Shown piece by piece: positions 55,569 to 64,000 of a DNA stretch of 64,000 bases. The position numbers and the translations under genes were made by a program. Numbering within the stretch: position 1 is the stretch's first letter; the number at the start of each line of letters is the position of its first letter. Below the pieces are notes generated by a model. It was not told the DNA's origin. It did not search any database and saw nothing but the letters and a program-made list of their open reading frames with translations. This stretch comes from Methanotrichaceae archaeon (GTDB lineage: Archaea > Halobacteriota > Methanosarcinia > Methanotrichales > Methanotrichaceae), in the NCBI GenBank assembly GCA_963813075.1, contig CAWEXU010000013.1:64001-128000 (forward strand). The letters run 5' to 3'.

Positions 55569-56876
55569 ATGTTATATGAGATTCTGATCATTCTAATTCT
55601 CATATTGGTCAACGGCGCCTTCTCCATGGCGGAGATGGCAGTTGTCTCATCGCGCAAGGCCAGGCTCCGACAGATGGCGGATGGTGGGGATAAGGGTGCC
55701 AGCATCGCCCTGGAGCTGACCAGCAATCCCAATCAGTTCCTCTCCGCCGTCCAAACTGGGGTAACTCTAATGGCCACTCTGATCGGAGCCTTTGGCGGCG
55801 CGACATTATCCGACGAGGTGGCAGGTAACCTGCTCGGCTTATATCCCGCACTAGCTAATTATAGCCAGGGAGTCGCTCTGGCCCTGGTGGTCCTGTCCAT
55901 AACCTTCGTCAGCCTGGTTATAGGTGAGCTGGTGCCAAAGAGGATAGCCCTCTCCAATCCGGAGCGAATTGCATCCTGGTCAGCATCTCCCTTAAGCGCA
56001 TTTTCCAGAATTGTTTACCCCGTGATTCTTCTCTTGAGCAAATCCACGGAATTCGTCCTCCATGCCCTGGGGGTCAATTCCAATGACGAGCCAGAGGTTA
56101 CTGAAGAAGAGATACGAATCATGATTAACCAGGGAACAATGGCTGGGGTAATCGAGGAGGATGAACAGGACATCATGGAGAGGGTCTTCTCTTTGGGTGA
56201 GAGAAAGGTCAACTCCATCATGACCCCCAGGGGAAAGATAGTCTGGCTTGATATCCATGACAGCTTTGTGGAGATCCAGAGGAAGACCACCAGCGGGCCG
56301 TACACCATGCTACCGGTCTGCAGCAAGAAGCTGGATAATGTCCTGGGAGTGATTCAGGCCAAAGATATCCTGAACTGCGACCTGGCCAAAAAGCAAATCG
56401 ATCTGAGGTCATTGCTGTTGCCGCCCCTATTTGTGCCGGAGAGCATGAGAGCCTTGAAGGTGCTGGAGAAGTTCAAGCAGACGGGAATCCATCTGGCCAT
56501 AGTCCTTGACGAGTACGGCACAGTGCAGGGGATTGTGGCACTGGTGGACCTTTTGGAGGGGCTGGTGGGTGATATTCCCCATATCGATGAGCTGGGTGAG
56601 CCTCAGATCCTGCGCCGGAGTGATGGCTCCTGGCTGGTGGACGGGACAATGCCTGTAGACGACTTCAAAGAGGAGCTTGAAATCGACCGGCTTCCTGATG
56701 AGGATGAAGGGGCATATCAAACCGTGGGCGGCTTCATGATGACCCACCTGGAGAGGATTCCCGTTACTGGAGATAAATTAGAATGGGGTGGCTTTCGCTT
56801 TGAGGTCATAGATATGGATGAGCGCCGGGTGGACAAGCTGCTGGTGACCCCCCTGGCCGATGATGTTATAAGCTAG
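55569..56876 (+). CDS. Hemolysin-like/CNNM (DUF21-CBS-CorC) protein
   Basis: NGAFSMAEMA, GELVPKRIA, IMTPR, LDEYG, DLLEGLVGDI. Confidence 0.92.
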   Translation: MLYEILIILILILVNGAFSMAEMAVVSSRKARLRQMADGGDKGASIALELTSNPNQFLSAVQTGVTLMATLIGAFGGATLSDEVAGNLLGLYPALANYSQGVALALVVLSITFVSLVIGELVPKRIALSNPERIASWSASPLSAFSRIVYPVILLLSKSTEFVLHALGVNSNDEPEVTEEEIRIMINQGTMAGVIEEDEQDIMERVFSLGERKVNSIMTPRGKIVWLDIHDSFVEIQRKTTSGPYTMLPVCSKKLDNVLGVIQAKDILNCDLAKKQIDLRSLLLPPLFVPESMRALKVLEKFKQTGIHLAIVLDEYGTVQGIVALVDLLEGLVGDIPHIDELGEPQILRRSDGSWLVDGTMPVDDFKEELEIDRLPDEDEGAYQTVGGFMMTHLERIPVTGDKLEWGGFRFEVIDMDERRVDKLLVTPLADDVIS

Positions 56877-56952
56877 GGTATCAGGATGAGCAGCTCTATA
56901 TTGAATGCCATCGAGATGGTGGAGATGAAGGCGGGATAGAAATGAAGGTGGT

Positions 56953-57615
56953 ATGGAAATGAGGGCGGTTTTGATCTTCTCCGGTGGCCTGGACTCGACC
57001 ACCTTGCTCTATAAATTGCTGGCAGATGGCTATCAGGTGGATGCTCTGACCTTCAACTATGCTCAGAGGCATAAAAAAGAGATCGACTGCGCAATCGCCA
57101 TAGCCCGAAGGCTCAATGTCACTCATCATGTCATCGATCTCTCCCCTCTGGCCGCATTCCTGGGTGAGAGCGCACTTTTAGGCAAGAAAGAGGTGCCAAG
57201 CTGCCACTATACCGAAGAGGCGGCAAGGCAGACGGTGGTGCCAAACAGGAATATGATCATGCTCGCTGTAGCCGCGGGCTATGCCGAGGCCCATGAGATT
57301 CCAGAGTTGTTTTATGCTGCCCATAAGAATGATCAGACGATCTATCCCGATTGCCGGCCGGAGTTCGTCCAGGCACTCAAGCCCGCCATAAGTCTGGGAA
57401 CGGCCTGGAATCCGGTCGAGTTGCAAGCTCCTTTTGTGCAGATGACTAAAGCGGATATCCTGAGAATGGGCCTGGAGATGCAGGTGCCATACGAACTCAC
57501 CTGGTCGTGCTACCGGGGAGAGGATAGGCCCTGTCGCTCCTGCCCCACCTGCATAGAGAGGGAGGAGGCATTTACCCTCAACGGAATGACGGACCCGCTG
57601 ATCAGTATGGACTGA
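56953..57615 (+). CDS. queC: 7-cyano-7-deazaguanine synthase
   Basis: SGGLDST, VPNRN, YPDCR, TWSCY..C.SC.TC. Confidence 0.95.
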   Translation: MEMRAVLIFSGGLDSTTLLYKLLADGYQVDALTFNYAQRHKKEIDCAIAIARRLNVTHHVIDLSPLAAFLGESALLGKKEVPSCHYTEEAARQTVVPNRNMIMLAVAAGYAEAHEIPELFYAAHKNDQTIYPDCRPEFVQALKPAISLGTAWNPVELQAPFVQMTKADILRMGLEMQVPYELTWSCYRGEDRPCRSCPTCIEREEAFTLNGMTDPLISMD

Positions 57616-57692
57616 TATATTCTCACTCTCTAAGAATCTTCTCTCCCCTCAGACCAAAAATTTAAACAAGGAATAAAACCCGGGGCTATTAT

Positions 57693-58268
57693 ATGCTGGA
57701 AAGGCTCAAGAAATCATTGCTGGAAGCCCCCGTATTCAAGCGGGGAGAGTATGACTACTTCATTCATCCCATCACAGACGGCGTTCCGGAGATCAGGCCG
57801 GATCTGATCCGGGAGGTCACCGCCAATATCGTGCGGATCGCCAATCTGGATGTGGACAAGATAGTGACCGTTGAGGCCATGGGAATTCCCATCGGCATTG
57901 TGCTTTCCATACTCTGCGATATTCCGCTGGTGATAATAAGAAAGAGAAAGTACGGCCTGCCCAATGAGATTGAGGTCAGCCAGGTTACCGGCTACTCCAG
58001 GTCGCAGCTCTTTTTGAATGGCATAAACAGGGGGGACAGGGTGATCGTGGTGGACGATGTGATCAGCACCGGCGGTACCCTCCAGGCCACACTGGACTCG
58101 CTTAAGATGGCCGGAGCTATGGTTATGGATACGGTGATCGTGGTGGAAAGGGGAGATGGCGCAGAGCAGCTGAGGGCCAAAGGCTACAAGCTGAAGACCA
58201 TGGTCAGAGTTAAGGTGGAAGGTGGCCGGGTCTCCGAGGTTGTGGAGCCAGATTTCAAAGGTCAATGA
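57693..58268 (+). CDS. hpt: Hypoxanthine/guanine phosphoribosyltransferase
   Basis: YFIHPITDGVP, EAMGIP, RKRKYGL, VDDVISTGGT. Confidence 0.92.
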   Translation: MLERLKKSLLEAPVFKRGEYDYFIHPITDGVPEIRPDLIREVTANIVRIANLDVDKIVTVEAMGIPIGIVLSILCDIPLVIIRKRKYGLPNEIEVSQVTGYSRSQLFLNGINRGDRVIVVDDVISTGGTLQATLDSLKMAGAMVMDTVIVVERGDGAEQLRAKGYKLKTMVRVKVEGGRVSEVVEPDFKGQ

Positions 58269-58295
58269 TAAAATGGTATTCGAGCTCTGGATAAG

Positions 58296-58574
58296 ATGAC
58301 TGAAGGCCTGAATGGTGGTGAGCGGAGCCTGGAGGAGAGTCTATGCCACGAGACCGTCAAGTGGCAGGAGAAGGCAGAGGCGCTCTTCTCTAAGCTCTCC
58401 GGGGATGAGAGGTTCCTGGAGAACATCTCAGCATACCTATCTGATTCCCACTATTTCCTGGAGCAGAAGGATTTGATCAGAGCCTTCGAGGCGGTGATCT
58501 GGGCCTGGGCCTGGATGGAGATCGGCCTGGATGAGGGGCTTTTGCAGCAAGACTCTTCGATGGGTCCAATTTAA
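58296..58574 (+). CDS. DUF357 protein
   Basis: AYLSDSHYFLE..DLIRAFEAVIWAWAW. Confidence 0.85.
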   Translation: MTEGLNGGERSLEESLCHETVKWQEKAEALFSKLSGDERFLENISAYLSDSHYFLEQKDLIRAFEAVIWAWAWMEIGLDEGLLQQDSSMGPI

Positions 58575-58625
58575 GCTAACCACAGGTTACTATTATATAC
58601 TTAGACATGGCAAACATGCCAATAA

Positions 58626-59126
58626 ATGAAAATTGATTATAGGACCCGGCTGGATGAGGCCAAATCCCTGGCGGACATATTTGAGGTGGTAAAGACTCTG
58701 GTAGAGAAGAGCACTGGCAGATGCAGGGGCGGACTGATGCTGGGCATGGCAAACCTGGGAAACGATCCGGAGGGCTTCTTAGGAGGCTTTTTCACCACCG
58801 GCTCCAATGTCATCGTCCTCAATAAGATACCGCTGCAAAGGATCATGGAAACTCGTCCCGAGCTTTACAAGCCCTATGTATTCCATGTCCTATTGCACGA
58901 GTATATCCATTCCCTGGGCTGCCTGGACGAGTCTGAGGTGAGAAGTAAGGTCCATGAGCTAACCCGAGAGGCTCTGGGCGAGGAGCACCTGGCAACGCAG
59001 ATTGCTGTCAGCGCATCAGGATTCATCAAGCATCTTGCCTACCCCCATCTATCCTGGAAGGCGGATGATGAGGGAATCGAGCTGGTGGAGGGCTTTGACC
59101 GGTCCAGCGTCTCATATATCGCTTAG
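58626..59126 (+). CDS. Putative zincin metallopeptidase
   Basis: LLHEYIHSLG (HExxH). Confidence 0.7.
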   Translation: MKIDYRTRLDEAKSLADIFEVVKTLVEKSTGRCRGGLMLGMANLGNDPEGFLGGFFTTGSNVIVLNKIPLQRIMETRPELYKPYVFHVLLHEYIHSLGCLDESEVRSKVHELTREALGEEHLATQIAVSASGFIKHLAYPHLSWKADDEGIELVEGFDRSSVSYIA

Positions 59127-59185
59127 ATCCTCTCACTTATCCCCTCATATTTTTAAGCAATCAGAGCCATAAGATTTCCTATATC

Positions 59186-60616
59186 ATGAACAGCATGGAG
59201 AGATTCGATCTCATCGTCATCGGCTCGGGCGCAGGGACTCATGTCGCCTCCCAGGCCGCCCTGACAGGGATGAAGACAGCGCTGGTAGATCGTGGCCTGG
59301 CAGGCGGCACTTGCCTGAACAGCGGCTGCGTGCCATCAAAGATGCTCATCTATCCCGCAGACGTGATCAGAGTTATGCAGGAAGCAAGAGCAATAGGCGT
59401 TTACAGCAGTATAGATAAGATCGATTTCCCTTCGATCATGAGCCGCATGCATCAGGTGGTGAATGAAGGAAGGGCTAACCTGGTGGAGTCAATCAAATCC
59501 AAGACAAATCTGACCTATTTGCCGGAGCAAGCAGAGTTTATTGACGACTATGTGCTGAGAGCGGGAGAAGAAACACTCACTGCCCCAAAGTTCGTAATTG
59601 CTACAGGCTCCCGCTCTCTTGTTCCTCCAATACCTGGTCTTGAGGAGTCCGGCTATCTGGACAATGTTTCACTTCTCGCGCTGGAATCACCACCCAAAAG
59701 CCTGGTCATAATCGGTGGAGGCTATATTGGCTGCGAATACGGCCACTTCTTCTCCGCTATGGGAACAGATGTCACTATCCTTGGAAGAAGCCCCCGTCTT
59801 TTGGGCGGAGAGGATCCGGAGATCGCAGGACGGCTTAAGGAGTCCCTCTCCCGCTATTGCTGGATTGTCACCGGCCATGAGGTCGTCTCGGTCAAGAGGA
59901 GAGGGGAAAGCAAAATCGTCTCCACAAAAGGCCGAGAGGATGGTCAGGCGCGCCAGTTCAAGGGAGAGGAGATACTCCTGGCTGCTGGCCGCAGGTCCAA
60001 CTCAGACCTCCTCCACCCCGAGAGGACAGGGATTGAGACAGACAGGCATGGCTGGATCAGAGTCAATGAGTATATGGAAACCAGCAAAAAAGGCATCTGG
60101 GCTGTGGGAGATGCCACAGGAAGGTACATGTTCCGCCATACTGCCAACTACGAGTCCAAGATCGCAGCCCACAATATTCTGAGAGCCAAAAATGAACGCG
60201 AGAGGCAGGCAGCGGAGTATCATGCCGTTCCTTACGCCATCTTCTCTCATCCTACTGTGGCAGCAGTGGGCATGAAAGAGGCAGAGGCCGTCGAGAGTGG
60301 CTTCAATGTGCTTGTAGGGAGGGCCAGCTATACTGATATTGCTAAAGGAAAGGCTATGGCTGAGGAGTATGGGTTTGCTAAGGTGATATTAGATGAGGAC
60401 ACAGGCAGAATCCTGGGTGCGGCAGTGATTGGATCTATGGCAGCAGAGCTTATTCAGCAGATGGTATATCTGATGAACACAGAGAGCCAGGATCTGACCA
60501 CAGTCGTCAGGTCACAGGTCATCCATCCCACTATCAGCCAGGTGCTTACAAGGGCACTGACGTGGCTGGAGAGGTCAAAAGTGCATCGTTCCGACATTAA
60601 GGAAGGCCGCCAATGA
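59186..60616 (+). CDS. Pyridine nucleotide-disulfide oxidoreductase (dihydrolipoamide dehydrogenase family)
   Basis: GSGAG, GGTCLNSGCVPSK, GGGYIG, IHPTISQ. Confidence 0.9.
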   Translation: MNSMERFDLIVIGSGAGTHVASQAALTGMKTALVDRGLAGGTCLNSGCVPSKMLIYPADVIRVMQEARAIGVYSSIDKIDFPSIMSRMHQVVNEGRANLVESIKSKTNLTYLPEQAEFIDDYVLRAGEETLTAPKFVIATGSRSLVPPIPGLEESGYLDNVSLLALESPPKSLVIIGGGYIGCEYGHFFSAMGTDVTILGRSPRLLGGEDPEIAGRLKESLSRYCWIVTGHEVVSVKRRGESKIVSTKGREDGQARQFKGEEILLAAGRRSNSDLLHPERTGIETDRHGWIRVNEYMETSKKGIWAVGDATGRYMFRHTANYESKIAAHNILRAKNERERQAAEYHAVPYAIFSHPTVAAVGMKEAEAVESGFNVLVGRASYTDIAKGKAMAEEYGFAKVILDEDTGRILGAAVIGSMAAELIQQMVYLMNTESQDLTTVVRSQVIHPTISQVLTRALTWLERSKVHRSDIKEGRQ

Positions 60617-61583
60617 GATCGTTCTCCCCAAGACAGGCTGCTAAGGCTCTATGGCAGATGAGGGGGAAGAGGAGGCCGTATGTCCTCTCCCACGGCATAA
60701 ACGCCCGCTGCAACTTGAGCTGCTCTTTTTGCCAGTACTGGAGAAAGCCTGGCCGGGAGATGACCCGTCAGGAGATCTTTAAGATGCTCGATGAGGCCAG
60801 CTCCTTTGGCATCGGGGTCTACAATGCCTGGACCGTCGAGCCTCTGCTAAGAGAGGACCTGCCCCAGATTCTGAAGTATGCCAAATCCCGTGGCCTGATC
60901 ACCGGCCTGGTCACCAACGGTCTTCTGCTCGCCAAAAGGGCGAATGAGCTCGATGACCTTGATTATCTCTCCGTCTCCGTGGACGGGATCAAAAGCTACC
61001 GAGAGCTGCGGGGAATAGAGCTGGAGAATACCCTGGCCGGAATCCGGGCGGCGAAAAGGGCGGGCCATGAGATTCTGATCAACTGCGTGATAAGCGGCAA
61101 AAATACAGCCGAGCTGGAGGATCTGGTTCATCTGGCCGAGGAGTTGGGCACCTGGATCTCCTTTGAGCCCCTGCATGAGTCCCCAGGGATATCGGACTCG
61201 GTCTGGAGGGATCTGGGAATCCGGGATCGGTCTGCCCATGAGAAGGCGTTGCACCGGCTGATGGAGCTGAAGAGAGCTGGCGCGCCCATCATCAACTCTC
61301 TGACCTATCTGGAGATGATATCCACCCTTAAACCCCAATTCAAATGCCATGCCAGCGACATCATCCTCCATGTGGCATCGGACGGCAGCATCGAGAACTG
61401 CCGGGTCCACGGCCAACCTTGGCCAATGTGTTGGGGGGGCTGGTGGAGGCCTGGCAGGCATCAAAGCAAGGGCGGGAGGAGATTGTCCGGTCCTGCCCAG
61501 GCTGCCTGTTCTTCGGATATGTGGAAAACAGCCTCCTATACGAGTTCGTGCCTGAGGTTTTGAGGCATTACGAGTGGATGTAG
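60613..61583 (+). CDS. Radical SAM/SPASM-like protein; frameshift near 61418
   Basis: CNLSCSFC, EPLLR, VTNG, SVSVDG; second frame CPGCLFFG. Confidence 0.88.
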
Positions 61584-61635
61584 TCTCGTGGATAGGGCCC
61601 GGTGAGGGGGTCGGCACGGATGCAGAGCAGTTAAG

Positions 61636-61899
61636 ATGAGCAAATCTGCACATGTGCCTGAAAGGGCATTTGCCCGGAGATTTTCAAACGAAGGCCGCCA
61701 GGTTAAGAAAGCTCTGCTTGAATTGATCCGAGAGGGCTACGTGAAGCAGCATCCAACGCGCGGCGAGATGATTTACGATCTGACTGACGAGGGCCTGACG
61801 GCTTTTAACAGCGGAAGACCCTCAAGGGCCGGAGGCCAATCTCCGCCTGAAACGAGAAGATGTATTGAAGCTGGCTGGGGAATCATAGGGCTTTCATGA
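61636..61899 (+). CDS. Small winged-helix-like protein or fragment
   Basis: VKKALLELIREGYV..HPTRGE..Y.LT..G; C-terminus looks non-native. Confidence 0.45.
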   Translation: MSKSAHVPERAFARRFSNEGRQVKKALLELIREGYVKQHPTRGEMIYDLTDEGLTAFNSGRPSRAGGQSPPETRRCIEAGWGIIGLS

Positions 61900-62113
61900 T
61901 CCTTTTTCAATCTGTCTTGCGGAATCAGCATCGACCCCGCTGTTACCCTCGGATAAATCGGTCCTCAGTGGTCGGTCCGATACCGCCAGATCCCGATAGG
62001 CGCTTAAACAAACGCCTTTTTAGATATCCTGCTTTTGAAATTCCTGCAGCTCTTCTTCAGTGAAGAATTCGGACCAATCCGCGCCGAATATCTTCAGAAC
62101 GCTTCTTCCACCC

Positions 62114-63743
62114 CACATTCCGCACTTCGTATAAAATAATCCAAGAAATAGCCTGTGATTAAAATAGGAAAGATTATTTAATAGCAGCTACAGCTTCTTC
62201 CTAGAAGGGAAGCAGCATGGAGATGGATGTCCAATCTTACTTGATAGGCCACCTTGGCATTGTAGCAGGCTCATTCGATGCATTGAATCTCGTGGATGTA
62301 ATTGATCGGGTTCTTCCAAAGAGAGGCTCGCGAAATCTTCCCCATTCAGTAATTATTAAAGCTATGATCCTGAATGGCTTGGGTTATACCGGTCAGCGGC
62401 TTTACCTCTTTCCTAACTTTTTCAAGACAATCCCTACCGAAAAGCTTCTTGGCAAAGGAATTTGTCCGACTGACCTCAATGATGATGTTGTTGGCAGGAC
62501 ACTCGATGCGATCTACAAATACGGTGCTACCGAGCTTTTCAATGAGATATCTTTGCACATCATGAAACAATTTTCCTTTGGAACTCAACTGCTCCATGTA
62601 GACACAACAAACTTCGGAGTTTATGGAAAATATAAAAATGATGCCCCCGACAGTACTGATTCTATCAAAATTACTTTCGGCCATGCCAAAGACGGTAGAA
62701 TGGATCTAAAGAGGTTTGTCCTCGGCATGGTTACAAATCAGTTTGGCTTGCCTCTCTTCACTGAAGCTTACTCTGGAAACAAATCTGATAAGAAAAGCTT
62801 AATGGAGATGATACAAAAAACGCAACAAGCGATCGATTTCGACGATGATAATCTTTGGGTCGCTGACAGCGCTTTGTATACTGAAGAAAATATTAAACTT
62901 ATGGGTACAGAAACAAAATGGATTACGCATATGCCTGCTACGGTTGCAGAAGCTCAAGAGCTCCTCAACTCCAACTTAAATATGATTCCTGGCAGCGATC
63001 CACGATACGCTTTTTATGCTACTGATATCAATTACGGCGGCGTCCCTCAGCGTGCAGTTGTTGTTTGGTCTAAAGAAATGAACGAGAGGAATGAAAAGAC
63101 ATTTGAGAGAAAAATTGAAAAAGAAACTATAGACGCAGGAAGAGCTCTCAAAAAGCTAATGAGAAAGAAATTTGCATGCATACCGGACGCTGATAATGAT
63201 TTAAGATTATGGCAATCATCACATCCACATCATCTCCTCGATAATGTGCAGATTGTGCCTGTTATGGAAAAAGCAGAAAAAGAAACGAGGACGGCCGAAA
63301 AAAGATGAGCTTTTAACTGCGAGCTATATGATTCAGGGAGAGATCAAATTAAATGAAGAAGCTATAATCGAAGCTCGCAAGAACTTAGGTCGATTCGTTT
63401 TAGCCAGTAATCAGGTCGATCTTGATCCCGAGGTTATGCTAAATTATTATAAAGGACAGCAAGCGGTGGAACGTGGATTCAGATTCTTGAAGGATAAAAG
63501 TTTCCATGTCTCAGAGGTCTATCTCAAAAAAGAAGAGAGAATAGAAGCACTTTGCATGATTATGGTATTAAGTCTTCTAATATATTCATTTGCTGAATGG
63601 AAGCTCAGGCAAGAACTCAAGAAAACCGGCCAGACTGTGCCCAATCAGCTAAATAAACCAACACAGCGACCCACAATGCGCTGGGTCTTTGAGATTTTTA
63701 TGGGCGTGATTGCATCGGCTATTATGGATGGTGAAACAATCAT
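62114..63743 (+). mobile_element. IS1634-family element, right end truncated
   Basis: Left end CACATTCCGCAC; TTCCACCC on both sides (62106-62113, 63744-63751); no inverse copy of the left end. Confidence 0.82.
62217..63743 (+). CDS. IS1634 transposase, frameshift near 63280, C-terminally truncated
   Basis: GHLGIVAG, LNDDVVGRTLD, HVDTT, GHAKDGRMDLK, VADSALY, YKGQQAVERGFRFLK. Confidence 0.92.
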
Positions 63744-64000
63744 TTCCACCCTGCATCGATCTCTTTGTGTGCACCAGTCCCTCTTTCTCTAGCCTGCGAA
63801 TGGACCCGTGCACTCTGCCGCTCGACCAATGCATCTCTTTGGCCAACCCATACACACTCTGGCCGGGATTCTTATCGATTACTTTATAAAGCTCATAATC
63901 GGTATCAAGTCCCTCTGTAATTCTTGCATCAATTGCTTCCTTGGGCATCCTTGCTGTAGAAGTGCTCACCAATCAGTCTCCTTTGTACTGGTTCGTCATA

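Larger units (their letters stand above)
62020..63972 (-). pseudogene. Winged-HTH protein interrupted by IS1634
   Basis: ...NPGQSVYGLAKEMHWSSGRVHGSIRRLEKEGLVH..MQGG | RSVLKIFGADWSEFFTEEELQEFQKQDI* rejoins in frame. Confidence 0.8.

Noticed and set aside
56953..57615. queC as part of a 7-deazaguanine DNA-modification or defence system
   Set aside because: Housekeeping context with no dpd or qat genes; consistent with archaeosine precursor synthesis

Overview
Archaeal chromosomal window, most consistent with an acetoclastic Methanothrix (Methanosaeta)-like methanogen (mcrBDGA without mcrC, GC-rich coding regions, BHB-intron tRNA). Core genes: CDP-alcohol phosphatidyltransferase, aminotransferase, Lrp, pelota, topA, three tRNAs, mcrBDGA, rnz, queC, hpt, mscL and msrBA. 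Downstream of mcr lies a ~28 kb metal-handling region. It contains (i) a predicted ~1,890-aa secreted, C-terminally anchored beta-propeller/DUF4430/CobN-like chelatase fusion, divergent from a DUF2162-ExbB/MotA-DUF2149 operon (the gene set of the Bacteroidetes HmuSTUV system); (ii) a split 'Orange-protein'-like metallocluster gene set (Mrp, DUF134, DUF5320, two NifB/NifX, two ferredoxin-MinD ATPases, radical SAM, MBL hydrolase); (iii) kdpABC with a KdpD lacking its histidine-kinase domain; and (iv) ZIP and CDF transporters. Three IS elements are present: IS630 in the DUF5320 gene, a TnpB-only IS605/IS1341-type element, and a right-end-truncated IS1634 in a wHTH gene. Several micro-proteins and structured leaders fall below the ORF track. 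Many 1-nt frameshifts, including in topA, probably reflect sequencing or assembly indel errors. All family assignments come from motif recognition only; no searches were run.
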